Assembly: GCA_018672055.1 (NCBI GenBank)
Contig: JABHGM010000001.1
Span: 136,884-200,883, forward strand
Reading direction: 5' to 3'
Length of the DNA: 64,000 bases
DNA from: a bacterium
Lineage (GTDB): Bacteria > Patescibacteriota > Patescibacteriia > UBA1558 > UBA10009
Shown here: positions 42,482-52,370 of the stretch, in pieces
Layout: each line of letters opens with the position of its first letter
How positions within the stretch are numbered: the first letter of the stretch is position 1
Translations under genes and position numbers: made by a program
Notes under the pieces: generated by a model
Database searches by the model: none
Told to the model about the DNA's origin: nothing
The model's input: the letters and a program-made list of their open reading frames with translations, nothing else

Positions 42482-43900
42482 ATGACAATAGCCAGATCAA
42501 TAGCAAACAATACATTTTGGCAGATAATCGGTAAAATAATCGGTACTTTTTTAGGTATCATAACTATTGGTTTATTAACTCGATACTTAGGCCAAACTGG
42601 TTTCGGACAATATACAACTGCTCTTGCATTTATGCAATTCTTTGGTGTTTTAGTAGACATGGGTCTTTATTTAATATGTCTTCGTGAAATATCAGCAAAT
42701 CCTGAAAGAGAAGAATATATAATAAGTAATATATTTACTTTAAGAATTATTTCTGCATTTATCTTTATTGGTGGTGGTGCTTTATTAATCTTTTTATTCC
42801 CCTACCCAGCTATAGTTAAATACTCAGCTCTCATAGTATCACTATCATTTTTCTTCATGTCTTTAGTCCAAATCTTAACAACTGTCTTTCAAAAAAATCT
42901 AAAGATGACACAAGTTGCTTTAGCAGAAGTAATTGGTAGAATTGGTTTCTTAATTGTTATATTCCTATTTATTTTTTATAAAGAAAACTTACCAGCTTTA
43001 ATGCTAGGTAATGTAGCTAATACTTTTATTTACTTTTTAATATTGTGGGTCCTAGTAAAAAAGTATGTAAAAATTACCTGGCTTATTGATCTACCGTATT
43101 GGAAAGAAATAATTACTAAAGCTTGGCCTATAGCTTTAGGCGTTGTTTTAAACTTAGTATATTTTAGAGCAGATACTATAATATTGAGCTTATATAAGCC
43201 AGCCAGTGAAGTTGGTATTTACGGAGCTCCATATAAAATATTGGAAATCATAGCTACTTTCCCTCATATGTTTATGGGATTAGTTATGCCTCTTTTAACT
43301 GCCGCTTGGCTTGTTAAAAATAAAGAAAAATTTCAAAATATTTTACAACATACTTTCAATTTCTTTTTAATTATAATAATACCAATGATACTAGGAACTA
43401 TTCCTTTATCTCACGGAATTATGAAATTAATAGCTGGAGACGGATTTACAGAGTCTGGTGCCATCTTACCGATTTTAATAGTAGCTACAGGCTTAATATT
43501 CTTAGGCACTATGTTTACCTATACTTTAGTAATTTTAGATAAGCAAAAAGCTATGCTTAAATATTTTGGCTTAGCTGCTGTACTTGCTTTAATCGGCTAC
43601 TTTATTTTCATTCCGCGTTACTCATACTTTGGAGCTGCCTGGGTCACAGTTATAGTAGAAGGCTTTATTACAATAATGGCTCTTAGTTTAACTTTCTACC
43701 ATGCTAAGATTAAACTTAAATTAAATGTCCTTTGGAAATCATTACTTGCTTCAATAATAATGACTTCTTGTTTATACTATTTATTACCCTTCAATTTAAA
43801 TATAATACTTCTACTTTTAATTGCTTGCCTTGTTTATTTTATCTTTCTATTTCTTCTTAAAGGAATTGACAAAAAAATGATAAATGCTATATTGAAATAG
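42482..43900 (+). CDS. Wzx-type flippase (polysaccharide biosynthesis exporter)
   Basis: About 14 TM; LTRYLG..GFGQY, DMGL...REIS, D.IILS...EVGIY. Confidence 0.9.
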   Translation: MTIARSIANNTFWQIIGKIIGTFLGIITIGLLTRYLGQTGFGQYTTALAFMQFFGVLVDMGLYLICLREISANPEREEYIISNIFTLRIISAFIFIGGGALLIFLFPYPAIVKYSALIVSLSFFFMSLVQILTTVFQKNLKMTQVALAEVIGRIGFLIVIFLFIFYKENLPALMLGNVANTFIYFLILWVLVKKYVKITWLIDLPYWKEIITKAWPIALGVVLNLVYFRADTIILSLYKPASEVGIYGAPYKILEIIATFPHMFMGLVMPLLTAAWLVKNKEKFQNILQHTFNFFLIIIIPMILGTIPLSHGIMKLIAGDGFTESGAILPILIVATGLIFLGTMFTYTLVILDKQKAMLKYFGLAAVLALIGYFIFIPRYSYFGAAWVTVIVEGFITIMALSLTFYHAKIKLKLNVLWKSLLASIIMTSCLYYLLPFNLNIILLLLIACLVYFIFLFLLKGIDKKMINAILK

Positions 43901-43928
43901 TTCTGTTCTAAATAACTTAGGAGAAATC

Positions 43929-44453
43929 GTGTTTAACAAAATAGACATTCTTAAAAAAATCTTCGCGCTAGATAATACAAGATTTGCTTTATGTCTTTTG
44001 GGAGCAATATCTTTAGGGATCCTAACCGCCTTATTTTCTCAATGGATTATAAAAAATACCTGGTTCAATCAATACTTTGCTGCCATAATGATTTCAATTA
44101 TTGTGCTTTCAAGCATACTTTACATTCTGTTACTTAAAAAATCACCTAGACGTAATAAATATAGTCAAGTAATTTATTTAATAGGGGCTGTAACTATATT
44201 GATATTAATGTCTCTTGAAGTATTTTCAGATGCAAATCAAGTAAAAGAACGAATCGTAATTATTACACTTACACTATTCTATCTAGTAATAATAGTTTTC
44301 ATGATAGATAGCAAAGATGATCAAAAATTATTTCTTGCAAATCAACACATGATAAGTGAATTAATAAAAGAAGTAAAAGTTAGACTAGCTATTGAAGAAA
44401 CCAAAGAAGACGAAAAAGAACTAAAAAGACTACTCAATCTACAAAAACAGTAG
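43929..44453 (+). CDS. Hypothetical membrane protein (4 TM + coiled coil), stand-alone cassette
   Basis: GTG start with SD AGGAG; TTGACA at 43866 inside the flippase 3' end; terminator 44479-44506. Confidence 0.65.
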   Translation: MFNKIDILKKIFALDNTRFALCLLGAISLGILTALFSQWIIKNTWFNQYFAAIMISIIVLSSILYILLLKKSPRRNKYSQVIYLIGAVTILILMSLEVFSDANQVKERIVIITLTLFYLVIIVFMIDSKDDQKLFLANQHMISELIKEVKVRLAIEETKEDEKELKRLLNLQKQ

Positions 44454-44536
44454 TAATGCTTAAAAATATTTTCTCTATAAACGCTCAGTCCAATTGAGCG
44501 TTTTTTATTTACTTAAAAGTCTGTTAAAATAGAGCT

Positions 44537-45880
44537 ATGTTAAACATCGTATTAATCATTCTATTCTACCTATTATTCGCCTATTTAAGCTCAAAAAACG
44601 TTAAATATGGCCTCTTTATGGTAACTGCGTTACTTCCATCATATTTGGTTAGATTTAACGTTTTTAACATACCAACTACACTTTTAGAAGGTATGATATA
44701 TATTCTATTTATCATTTGGCTATTTAAAATGAAGAAAGAATATAGTCTTACCTTTAACCCACTTAAGTGGTTTAAATCTAAAAAAGAATTATTTAATCCA
44801 GTACCTAATATATTAAAATTACCTTTAATTCTCTTTTTAGTAGCAGCTACTATCTCCGTATTTGTATCACCTAACTTTGAATCTGCTCTAGGTTTATGGA
44901 AAGCATATTTTATTGATGCCCTATTATATTTCATAATATTTATTTATACTATTAAATCTAAAATTGATATACAAAATATTATCAGAGTTTTAGGTTTAAC
45001 TGTTATTGTAATTGGTTTATTTGCTATATATCAAAAAATAACTGGCAATTTAATTCCTAACCCTTTTTGGGCAGACGAAAGTACTAGACGCATAACAACA
45101 TTTTTTGGTTATCCCAATGCTAATGCTTTATTTATATCACCTATACTTCTTTTAACTTTAATTAATTTAGTTAAAGACAAAAAAAAGTATTTATATCAAA
45201 TACTAAATATTTTAATCTTAATACTTGGCTTTCTAACTGTGCTTTGGGCAGAATCAACAGGAGCCTTACTTGGTATCCTAGCTGGTTTAATAACAATATT
45301 TATTTTCACTAAAAAAACTAGACTTATAACTCTTACTTTAATTGCATTTGTTTTAATTGTTTCATTATTTATACCGGGAGTTACCTCAAAGATAGAAAGT
45401 TCATATATTTCCATAAATGAAACTCATCTTTCTGCATCACCAACTGATTTACAACTAAGAACAAGCCAGTGGCGTGAAACATATGAGCTTTTAAAAACAA
45501 AACCTATCTTAGGTGCTGGCTTAGCTGGGTATCAAACATTAGTTGAGCCATATCATATAAATAAACATATTGAAATCTATTTATATCCACATAACTTCTT
45601 TCTAAACTTTTATGTTGAGATTGGTCTACTAGGATTAATTAGTATTTGCTGGCTTCTTATTATATACTACAAGCTATCATATAAGTCAGAATATTCTATT
45701 TATTCCATAATCTTAAGTTCAGTAATGATTACTATTCTAGTACATGGTTTAGTAGATGTACCATATTTAAAAAATGACTTAGCAATATTATTTTGGATTA
45801 TCTTTGGCTTAACAATCAGTATATATAATACACGGAGAGGTGCCGGAGTGGTTGAACGGGCTGCTCTCGAAAAGCAGTAG
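44537..45880 (+). CDS. O-antigen ligase / oligosaccharyltransferase family (Wzy_C) protein
   Basis: Multi-TM; RITTFFGYPNA, S.GA, R...W, PILGAGL, YPHNFFL..YVEIGLLG, VHGLVD. Confidence 0.88.
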   Translation: MLNIVLIILFYLLFAYLSSKNVKYGLFMVTALLPSYLVRFNVFNIPTTLLEGMIYILFIIWLFKMKKEYSLTFNPLKWFKSKKELFNPVPNILKLPLILFLVAATISVFVSPNFESALGLWKAYFIDALLYFIIFIYTIKSKIDIQNIIRVLGLTVIVIGLFAIYQKITGNLIPNPFWADESTRRITTFFGYPNANALFISPILLLTLINLVKDKKKYLYQILNILILILGFLTVLWAESTGALLGILAGLITIFIFTKKTRLITLTLIAFVLIVSLFIPGVTSKIESSYISINETHLSASPTDLQLRTSQWRETYELLKTKPILGAGLAGYQTLVEPYHINKHIEIYLYPHNFFLNFYVEIGLLGLISICWLLIIYYKLSYKSEYSIYSIILSSVMITILVHGLVDVPYLKNDLAILFWIIFGLTISIYNTRRGAGVVERAALEKQ

Positions 45881-45923
45881 ACTTTTACTAGTCACGGGGG
45901 TTCGAATCCCTCCCTCTCCGCCA
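45834..45923 (+). tRNA. tRNA-Ser (CGA)
   Basis: GGAGAGG...CCTCTCC-G-CCA; anticodon arm CTGCT-CTCGAAA-AGCAG; long variable arm. Confidence 0.96.
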
Positions 45924-45946
45924 TAAAAGATAATTTAAATTTTTAA

Positions 45947-45972
45947 TGTTACTTTTTTCATTTTAATTCGTT
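45947..45972 (+). promoter_or_regulatory. Putative ECF autoregulatory promoter
   Basis: TGTTAC-N16-CGTT just upstream of the ECF sigma gene, like the TGAAAC-N16-CGTA class. Confidence 0.5.
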
Positions 45973-45989
45973 GTATATATTAGAAAACC

Positions 45990-46514
45990 ATGGTTTTAGA
46001 AGAACAAAATATAATAGATATGTATGATAAATATGTAGATAAAATATATAATTTTGTTTACTATCGTACACATCATAAAGAAACTGCTGAGGATTTAACT
46101 AGCTTAATCTTTATTAAAGCTCTTGAAAACATTAGTAATTATAAAAAGGGAACTAATTTTAATGCTTGGATATATAGAATAGCTAGAAACACAATTATAG
46201 ATCATTATCGTACAAAACGAGAATTTAAAGATATTGATGATATTTGGGACTTAGCTTCTAGTGATGACCTAAGCTCAAAGATTGATAACAAAGAAACATT
46301 AAAAAAGATAGAAAAATACCTTAATACTTTGAAATCATTACAAAGAGATGTAATAATAATGAGAATCTGGGATAATCTATCTTTTAAAGAAATAAGTAAA
46401 ATTCTAAATAAAAGTGAAGGCTCTTTAAAAATGATGCTTAGCAGAAGCAGGAAAGAGTTAAAAGAAAATTATTTAACTATATTAATCCTCTTAATATCAA
46501 TAAAACATGGATAA
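45990..46514 (+). CDS. ECF (sigma70 group 4) RNA polymerase sigma factor
   Basis: AEDLTS..FIKA, FNAWIYRIARNTIIDHYR, region 4 LSFKEISKILNKSEGSLKMMLSR. Confidence 0.93.
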   Translation: MVLEEQNIIDMYDKYVDKIYNFVYYRTHHKETAEDLTSLIFIKALENISNYKKGTNFNAWIYRIARNTIIDHYRTKREFKDIDDIWDLASSDDLSSKIDNKETLKKIEKYLNTLKSLQRDVIIMRIWDNLSFKEISKILNKSEGSLKMMLSRSRKELKENYLTILILLISIKHG

Positions 46515-47994
46515 AGAAATTAAAAACATTTTAAATGATCTATATAAAATAGATAAAAGTTTTAAAAAACATGAATCTGAATTAATTAAAACTATAAATG
46601 AATTAATAAATAATAAGCCAAAAATTATTATTAACAAAGATTTTAGAGAAGAATTAAAATCTAAACTCATTAAACAAGCTAAAAAGCTCAATAAAACAAA
46701 AATTAAAAAACTAAACTTAAACTTTATGAAATTAAGAAACTATTATTATGTATTCGGCAGTTTTGCTATTATTATCTTAATAGTTATATCATCTGTTTAC
46801 TACTCAAATCAAACAAGTAACCTAGCCTTTGGATTAAATATTGAATCTGTTTCAGAAAATGCCTTTGGATCTATTGAAAATAATCTTTCCGCTAATGAAA
46901 CCGTCGACAGGCAAGCATTGGGCATTGGCGCTGGAGGCGGAGGCGGTTATGCAACTGCTTCTTCAGAAATGGCTACTAAATCAGATACAGCTGTTTCTAT
47001 GATAGCCCCTGATTATATGAATAATTTTCAATACATATATGAAGGTGATGAAATAACTATCTCTGAAAATGAAATGGCAGTACTTAAAAAATCAAAAAAC
47101 ATTAATAATCTTAATCTTTCATCAATAATTAATAACTTTAATTTTGAAACTGTTAATTTAAATAAGTTTTCTGATGCAAAAGTCCAAAATATTTCGTTTG
47201 CTCAAGAAAAAGACTTTGGTTATCAAGTTTATCTTAATTTCTTAGAAGGCCAGGTTAGTCTTAACCAAAACTACAGCACTTGGCCACAAAATAATGAGCA
47301 TGGATGTATAGGTGATGTTTGTACAATAGAAATACAGCAAAGGACTTCTATTTCTGATGTTCCAGAAAACCAGGCTTTAATCAATATTGCAAATGATTTT
47401 TTAAATGAATATGACATAGATACTTCCCTATACGGCGAACCTGAAGTAGATAACAGATGGAAAATATATTATGAACAATCCAAAGATAAGGCTAGCTACT
47501 ATATTCCAGAAGTTATTAATGTGCTCTATCCTCTCAAAATCAATAACCAAATTGTATATAATGAAGGAGGCAATAAAGAGGGTTTAAATCTGGCTATTCA
47601 TATTAAATATAAGAAGGTTTATAGTCTACATAACCTAACCTCGCAGAATTATCAAAGTTCAATGTATAAAACTGAGACTGATATAAATAAAATTTTGGAT
47701 ATAGCAAGACGAGGAGGTAGAAATGTTTATACATATCAAAACAATCAGAAAGTTATTGAAGTTAAAATAGGAACACCAACACTATCATATGTAAAAATAT
47801 GGCAATATAATAATAATCAAAATGATGAATTATTGGTTCCAGCATTTATATTTCCCATCTTAGAAAAACCAGCTGTTAACTATTTTTACAAAGATAATAT
47901 AATAGTCCCTCTTATTAGTGATATGCTTGATTCAGATAATAATCCACGAGTAATGCCTATGCCTCTTGTTGAACCTGCAATAATGGAAAATTAA
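46507..47994 (+). CDS. Putative anti-sigma factor (cytoplasmic N-terminus, 1 TM, large extracellular domain)
   Basis: Overlaps the sigma gene; FREELKSKL helix, single TM, Gly-rich linker, about 390 aa external part. Confidence 0.6.
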   Translation: MDKEIKNILNDLYKIDKSFKKHESELIKTINELINNKPKIIINKDFREELKSKLIKQAKKLNKTKIKKLNLNFMKLRNYYYVFGSFAIIILIVISSVYYSNQTSNLAFGLNIESVSENAFGSIENNLSANETVDRQALGIGAGGGGGYATASSEMATKSDTAVSMIAPDYMNNFQYIYEGDEITISENEMAVLKKSKNINNLNLSSIINNFNFETVNLNKFSDAKVQNISFAQEKDFGYQVYLNFLEGQVSLNQNYSTWPQNNEHGCIGDVCTIEIQQRTSISDVPENQALINIANDFLNEYDIDTSLYGEPEVDNRWKIYYEQSKDKASYYIPEVINVLYPLKINNQIVYNEGGNKEGLNLAIHIKYKKVYSLHNLTSQNYQSSMYKTETDINKILDIARRGGRNVYTYQNNQKVIEVKIGTPTLSYVKIWQYNNNQNDELLVPAFIFPILEKPAVNYFYKDNIIVPLISDMLDSDNNPRVMPMPLVEPAIMEN

Positions 47995-48004
47995 TAATTA
48001 TATA

Positions 48005-48036
48005 TAAAAGCTCTAATAATATACTTAGAGCTTTTA
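48005..48036 (+). terminator. Terminator after the ECF/anti-sigma pair
   Basis: TAAAAGCTCTAA...TTAGAGCTTTTA. Confidence 0.7.
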
Positions 48037-48074
48037 TATTTACCTAATATTAGCTAAATTATATCAATTATTTA

Positions 48075-48378
48075 TTGACAAAACTTCTAACACATGCTAA
48101 TATAATATATCGTCTACTAACTATGGTAGATGAAATAAAAGTCCGAATGGACAAGGAGAATCTATATGATTCAAACAAAACCAGTATTGAACAAAAGCCA
48201 TACAAGCTAATCAAATCTATGCCGGTGACAAGGTGCTAAAAGCAACCTTGAAAAATTCCCTGAAGTATTAAACTTTTAAAATCAGATTACAATACTCCTA
48301 TTAGAATAATTTTAGGATAATTGCTTTAAAATGATAATAATCTAATTTTGAAAATCCTGCTTCAGGGATTTTCTTTTT
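48075..48378 (+). ncRNA. Candidate structured small RNA / micro-ORF unit
   Basis: TTGACA-17-TAATAT promoter, several hairpins, SD AAGGAG before a 14-codon ORF (48166-48210), about 125 nt rod hairpin ending in Ts. Confidence 0.4.
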
Positions 48379-48423
48379 ATTATTGCTTATATACTTTAAA
48401 AATTGTATAATAATATCATATTT

Positions 48424-49287
48424 ATGACTAAAATTCGCAAAGCAATTATACCAGTAGCTGGTTTTGGAACTAGATTCCTACCTGCTTCAAAAGCTCAGCC
48501 TAAAGAAATGTTGCCTATAGTTGATAAACCAACTATTCAATACATTGTCGAAGGCTGTGTTAAGGCTGGAATAAAAGATATTATCTTTGTTACTTCAAGT
48601 AACAAACGTGCTGTTGAAGATCACTTTGATAATTCAACTGGTTTAGAAAATTGGTTAAAAAAACAAGGCAAAACTAAACAGTTAAATGAAATTAAAAAAA
48701 TTGCTCAGATGGCTAATTTTATTTACATCCGACAAAAAGGACCTATGGGTAATGGTACTCCTGTTTTAAATGCTGAAAAAATAATTGGTGATGAGCCCTT
48801 TATGGTTTTTTGGGGTGATGAATTCTATACTGGTCCTAAATCTTGGGTAAAACAAATGATTGATGTCTATGAAAAATATGGAGATCCAGTTCTAGCTGCT
48901 GTTAAAACTGATAAAGAAGGCCAGGCTCGTTACGGAATTATTGATGGCGTTAAAGTAGATAAAAATATTTATGAAATTAAAAAAGTAATTGAAAAACCTG
49001 GTCCTAAAAAAGCACCTTCTAAATTAGCTTCAGTTGGTGGTTATCTTTTAACACCTGATATATTCCCTATTTTAAAAAAATTAAAACCTAGTAAAGGTGG
49101 TGAAGTATGGCTAGCTGATGCTATTCATACACTAAGCAAACAAAGAGCTATGTATGCCTGTGAAATTGATGGTGAATTATATGATGCCGGAACTCTATTT
49201 GGTTGGTTAAAGGCTAATGTTGATCTAGCTTTAACTCATCCTAAAATAAGTAAAGAATTTAAAAAATATCTTAAAAAAATTAAGTAA
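48424..49287 (+). CDS. galU: UTP-glucose-1-phosphate uridylyltransferase
   Basis: KAIIPVAGFGTRFLPASKAQPKEMLPIVDKP, EDHFD, IEKP; ATG at 48424 preferred over TTG at 48403. Confidence 0.93.
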   Translation: MTKIRKAIIPVAGFGTRFLPASKAQPKEMLPIVDKPTIQYIVEGCVKAGIKDIIFVTSSNKRAVEDHFDNSTGLENWLKKQGKTKQLNEIKKIAQMANFIYIRQKGPMGNGTPVLNAEKIIGDEPFMVFWGDEFYTGPKSWVKQMIDVYEKYGDPVLAAVKTDKEGQARYGIIDGVKVDKNIYEIKKVIEKPGPKKAPSKLASVGGYLLTPDIFPILKKLKPSKGGEVWLADAIHTLSKQRAMYACEIDGELYDAGTLFGWLKANVDLALTHPKISKEFKKYLKKIK

Positions 49288-50660
49288 TGAGATTATTTTC
49301 AAACAAAATATTCGTTTTACTCTTAATTAGTACTTTCTTTTTAACTACTGGTTTATCTTGTAAATTATTTCCCGGTAAACAAGCTCCTGCTGCATATACC
49401 AAAGCTCAAACTTTAACTTTTTGGGGTGTCTGGGATACAAGTGATGATTTAGAAGTGTTGATAAAAGATTTTAAAGCTATACATCCAAATATTAAAATAA
49501 GTTATAAGAAGTTTAGATATCAAGAATATGAACAAAAACTTTTAGAAGCTTGGGCTGAAGACAGAGGTCCGGATATATATAGTATTCCAGCTACTTGGCT
49601 TAGAAAATATAAATCAAAAATTACTCCAATGCCGGATAGCACTAAACTTAGTTTTCAAGAAGTAAAAACTACTTTAGGTAAAACTGAAATAAATACCTAT
49701 GTTAGAGATATTCCAACCTACAGTGCTCGTGACATTAAAAATGAATTCGTTGATGTTGTCTATAATGATGTAATAATCGGTGGTAAAGTATTAGGTATAC
49801 CATTTAGCATGGATACTTTAGTTCTTTACTATAATAAAGATTTACTAGATGCTAGCGATATACCTGTACCTCCAACTGATTGGACTGAATTAAAAGAAGC
49901 TGTTAAAAAAATTACTAAAGTAAATAATAATAATGAAATATTACAAGCTGGTGTAGCTTTGGGTGTAGCTGACAATCTACCACATAGCGTTGATATAGCT
50001 TCTTTACTCATGATTCAAAATGGAGCACAAATGGTTGATGCTCGTGGTCAAGTTGCTTTCCATACTTCACCTACTAAAGATAAAAGTTATGCTCCAGGAC
50101 TCCAAGCTTTACAATTCTATCTAGACTTTGCAGATCCAATAAAAGAAGTATATTCTTGGAATAATAATCAAAATGATGCCTTTAATGCTTTTGTCTCGGG
50201 TAAACTTGCTATGTTCTACGGCTATTCATATCACTTACCTCTCATTAAAACTCAAGCTCCCAAATTAGAAATAGATATTGCCCCAATGACTCAGATAGAA
50301 GGTTCTCAAAAAAATATTAATTATACTGATTACTGGGTCTATACTGTTTCTCATAAATCAGCCAATACTGATGCTGCTTGGGGTTTTATAAACTTTGCTT
50401 CAGGTGACAAAGAAGTAACTAAGTATTTAAATCAAACTAAAAAACCTACAGCTTTAAGAAGTTTAATTACAAAGCAAAAAGCAGATCCAGAACTAGCAGT
50501 CTTTGCAGATCAAGTATTAACTGCTACCCATTGGTATAGAGGTAATGATGCTTTAAAAATGGAAGAATTCTTTAAAGAAATGTTAGACAGGCTACCTAAT
50601 GCAGCAGATCCTATTGAAATAATGCAAAACGCAGCTTTAAAAATAAATCAAACTTTATAA
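49287..50660 (+). CDS. Extracellular solute-binding lipoprotein (family 1), no adjacent ABC permease
   Basis: Lipobox TGLSC; LTFWG, GPDI, LVLYYNKDL, F..GKLAM, AAWGFINF. Confidence 0.85.
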   Translation: MRLFSNKIFVLLLISTFFLTTGLSCKLFPGKQAPAAYTKAQTLTFWGVWDTSDDLEVLIKDFKAIHPNIKISYKKFRYQEYEQKLLEAWAEDRGPDIYSIPATWLRKYKSKITPMPDSTKLSFQEVKTTLGKTEINTYVRDIPTYSARDIKNEFVDVVYNDVIIGGKVLGIPFSMDTLVLYYNKDLLDASDIPVPPTDWTELKEAVKKITKVNNNNEILQAGVALGVADNLPHSVDIASLLMIQNGAQMVDARGQVAFHTSPTKDKSYAPGLQALQFYLDFADPIKEVYSWNNNQNDAFNAFVSGKLAMFYGYSYHLPLIKTQAPKLEIDIAPMTQIEGSQKNINYTDYWVYTVSHKSANTDAAWGFINFASGDKEVTKYLNQTKKPTALRSLITKQKADPELAVFADQVLTATHWYRGNDALKMEEFFKEMLDRLPNAADPIEIMQNAALKINQTL

Positions 50661-50661
50661 T

Positions 50662-51417
50662 ATGAAATTATTTATATTAATAATTACTTTGCTTATACTA
50701 TTAAACCCATTAGCAGCTGAGGCTAGTGTCTTACCTGCTTGTACAGCTACTGGTAATTGTGGTTTATGTGACTTTTTTGATACTTTCATTAATATTATAA
50801 ATTGGTTACTAGGCGTTGTTGGTGGAATTGCTCTTTTCTTATTTGGCTGGCATGGTTTTGGTATGATAACTAGCGCAGGTAACCCAGAAAAAGTAACTGC
50901 TGCCAGAAAAGGCATGATGCATACTGTTTTAGGAATAGTTATTATTATTTTCTCTTGGTTCTTAGTTACTATCATAATCGGCATATTACTATCAACACCT
51001 GGTTCTACAGGTGATGATGCTTTCAAAAATACTTTATTTAATAATGAAGCTGCTTGGAATCAATATTGTGTAGGTAAGACTGATATTAAAAAATGCCAAG
51101 GCAGAGGCCTAGGTAGTCCTTGTGGTAGTGGTAACTTCTGTTATCCTGACGATGGTAACAAAAAAGTACTAACTTGTACTAATTCAGCTTTTATAGATAA
51201 TAAAGATGGGGATGCTCTGATTGAGGTCAAGAATGCCTGTGAATATTGGGCCAATAGGCCACTCAACCCTAAAGAAGGTTTTCATAATAATCCATACACT
51301 GGCTATACTTGTTTAGAAAAAAAATTATGTGATCCATATGAAAATTTAGGTGCCAGTTATTGTGCTACTTCTGATGCTGAATGTTGTCTGACGCTCCCCT
51401 TTGATCCTTTTTTATAA
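50662..51417 (+). CDS. VirB2/TrbC-like pilin 1 with Cys-rich head
   Basis: Signal peptide; TM-GFGMITSAGNPEKVTAARK-TM core; 11 Cys in C-terminal part. Confidence 0.75.
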   Translation: MKLFILIITLLILLNPLAAEASVLPACTATGNCGLCDFFDTFINIINWLLGVVGGIALFLFGWHGFGMITSAGNPEKVTAARKGMMHTVLGIVIIIFSWFLVTIIIGILLSTPGSTGDDAFKNTLFNNEAAWNQYCVGKTDIKKCQGRGLGSPCGSGNFCYPDDGNKKVLTCTNSAFIDNKDGDALIEVKNACEYWANRPLNPKEGFHNNPYTGYTCLEKKLCDPYENLGASYCATSDAECCLTLPFDPFL

Positions 51418-51431
51418 TAATATAAATAAAT

Positions 51432-51827
51432 ATGATAAATAAAAAAAACATTTCAATTCTTTTCCTAGCTATTCTAATGGCTACTCTAATCATTCCTCTA
51501 CCTTTAACTCTAAATGCTGCTGGTAACTGTGGTAACAGTTATTCTGAAGACGATTCAGGAAGTTGTTTAGAAAATCCTTTAGGCTCAGAAACAATTGATC
51601 TGCCAACTTTATATGGTAGGTTACTTTTCTACGGTGTCCTTTTTGTAACTGGTGGTGTAGCTTTAATTATGTTTGTAATAGGTGGCTTTATGTGGATGAC
51701 TGCAGCAGGTAATCCTGAGAAAATTAAAAAAGGTAAAGACACATTAATGTGGGCTATCTTGGGAATAATATTGATATTTTCTAGTTATTCCATACTTCGT
51801 GCTATCTTTGAAATATTACAATTTTAA
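51432..51827 (+). CDS. VirB2/TrbC-like pilin 2
   Basis: LENPL; GGFMWMTAAGNPEKIKKGKDTLMWAILG. Confidence 0.8.
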   Translation: MINKKNISILFLAILMATLIIPLPLTLNAAGNCGNSYSEDDSGSCLENPLGSETIDLPTLYGRLLFYGVLFVTGGVALIMFVIGGFMWMTAAGNPEKIKKGKDTLMWAILGIILIFSSYSILRAIFEILQF

Positions 51828-51961
51828 ATTATCTAGTTTTATTATTAGAATTATTGTATAATATAACTAGGTTATCCACATTTAAAATAAATTTAAATAA
51901 TATTAATTAAAGTAAATTAAAACAAAAACAAAATTTTAATTTACATTTAAGGAGCAAGTCT

Positions 51962-52351
51962 ATGAAAAAATACTTTTCAAAAAAAAGTATCATGGCTTCA
52001 GCAGCAACTATTCTTTGGGTAGTCCCAATGATAGTTGGCGCACAAGTTGATGCTGACTTTGGATTAGGTTATCCTGCAGCAACTGGCTTGGGCACAAACG
52101 ACTTAAAAGACACTATTATAGCTGTACTAAATGTACTGCTTGGTTTCTTAGGCATAATTGCCGTAATTGTAATCTTACTTGGTGGTTTCAAATGGATGAC
52201 AGCCGCTGGTAATGAAGACAAAGTCGCTGAAGCTAAAAAACTACTTGGCGCTGGTATTGTCGGTATAATAATTATATTATCCGCCTATGCAATTGCCACT
52301 TACGTTATTACTCAGATTCAAACCTCGACCGGTGGCACTTTAATTGAGTGA
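51962..52351 (+). CDS. VirB2/TrbC-like pilin 3, probable major pilin
   Basis: GGFKWMTAAGNEDKVAEAKK; only array gene with SD AAGGAG and an upstream -10 box; no Cys head. Confidence 0.8.
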   Translation: MKKYFSKKSIMASAATILWVVPMIVGAQVDADFGLGYPAATGLGTNDLKDTIIAVLNVLLGFLGIIAVIVILLGGFKWMTAAGNEDKVAEAKKLLGAGIVGIIIILSAYAIATYVITQIQTSTGGTLIE

Positions 52352-52370
52352 TAAACTTTAAAAAACTATA

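Noticed and set aside
45834-48036. Prophage or genomic island integrated at tRNA-Ser
   Set aside because: No integrase, phage genes or duplicated tRNA 3' end found in the window.
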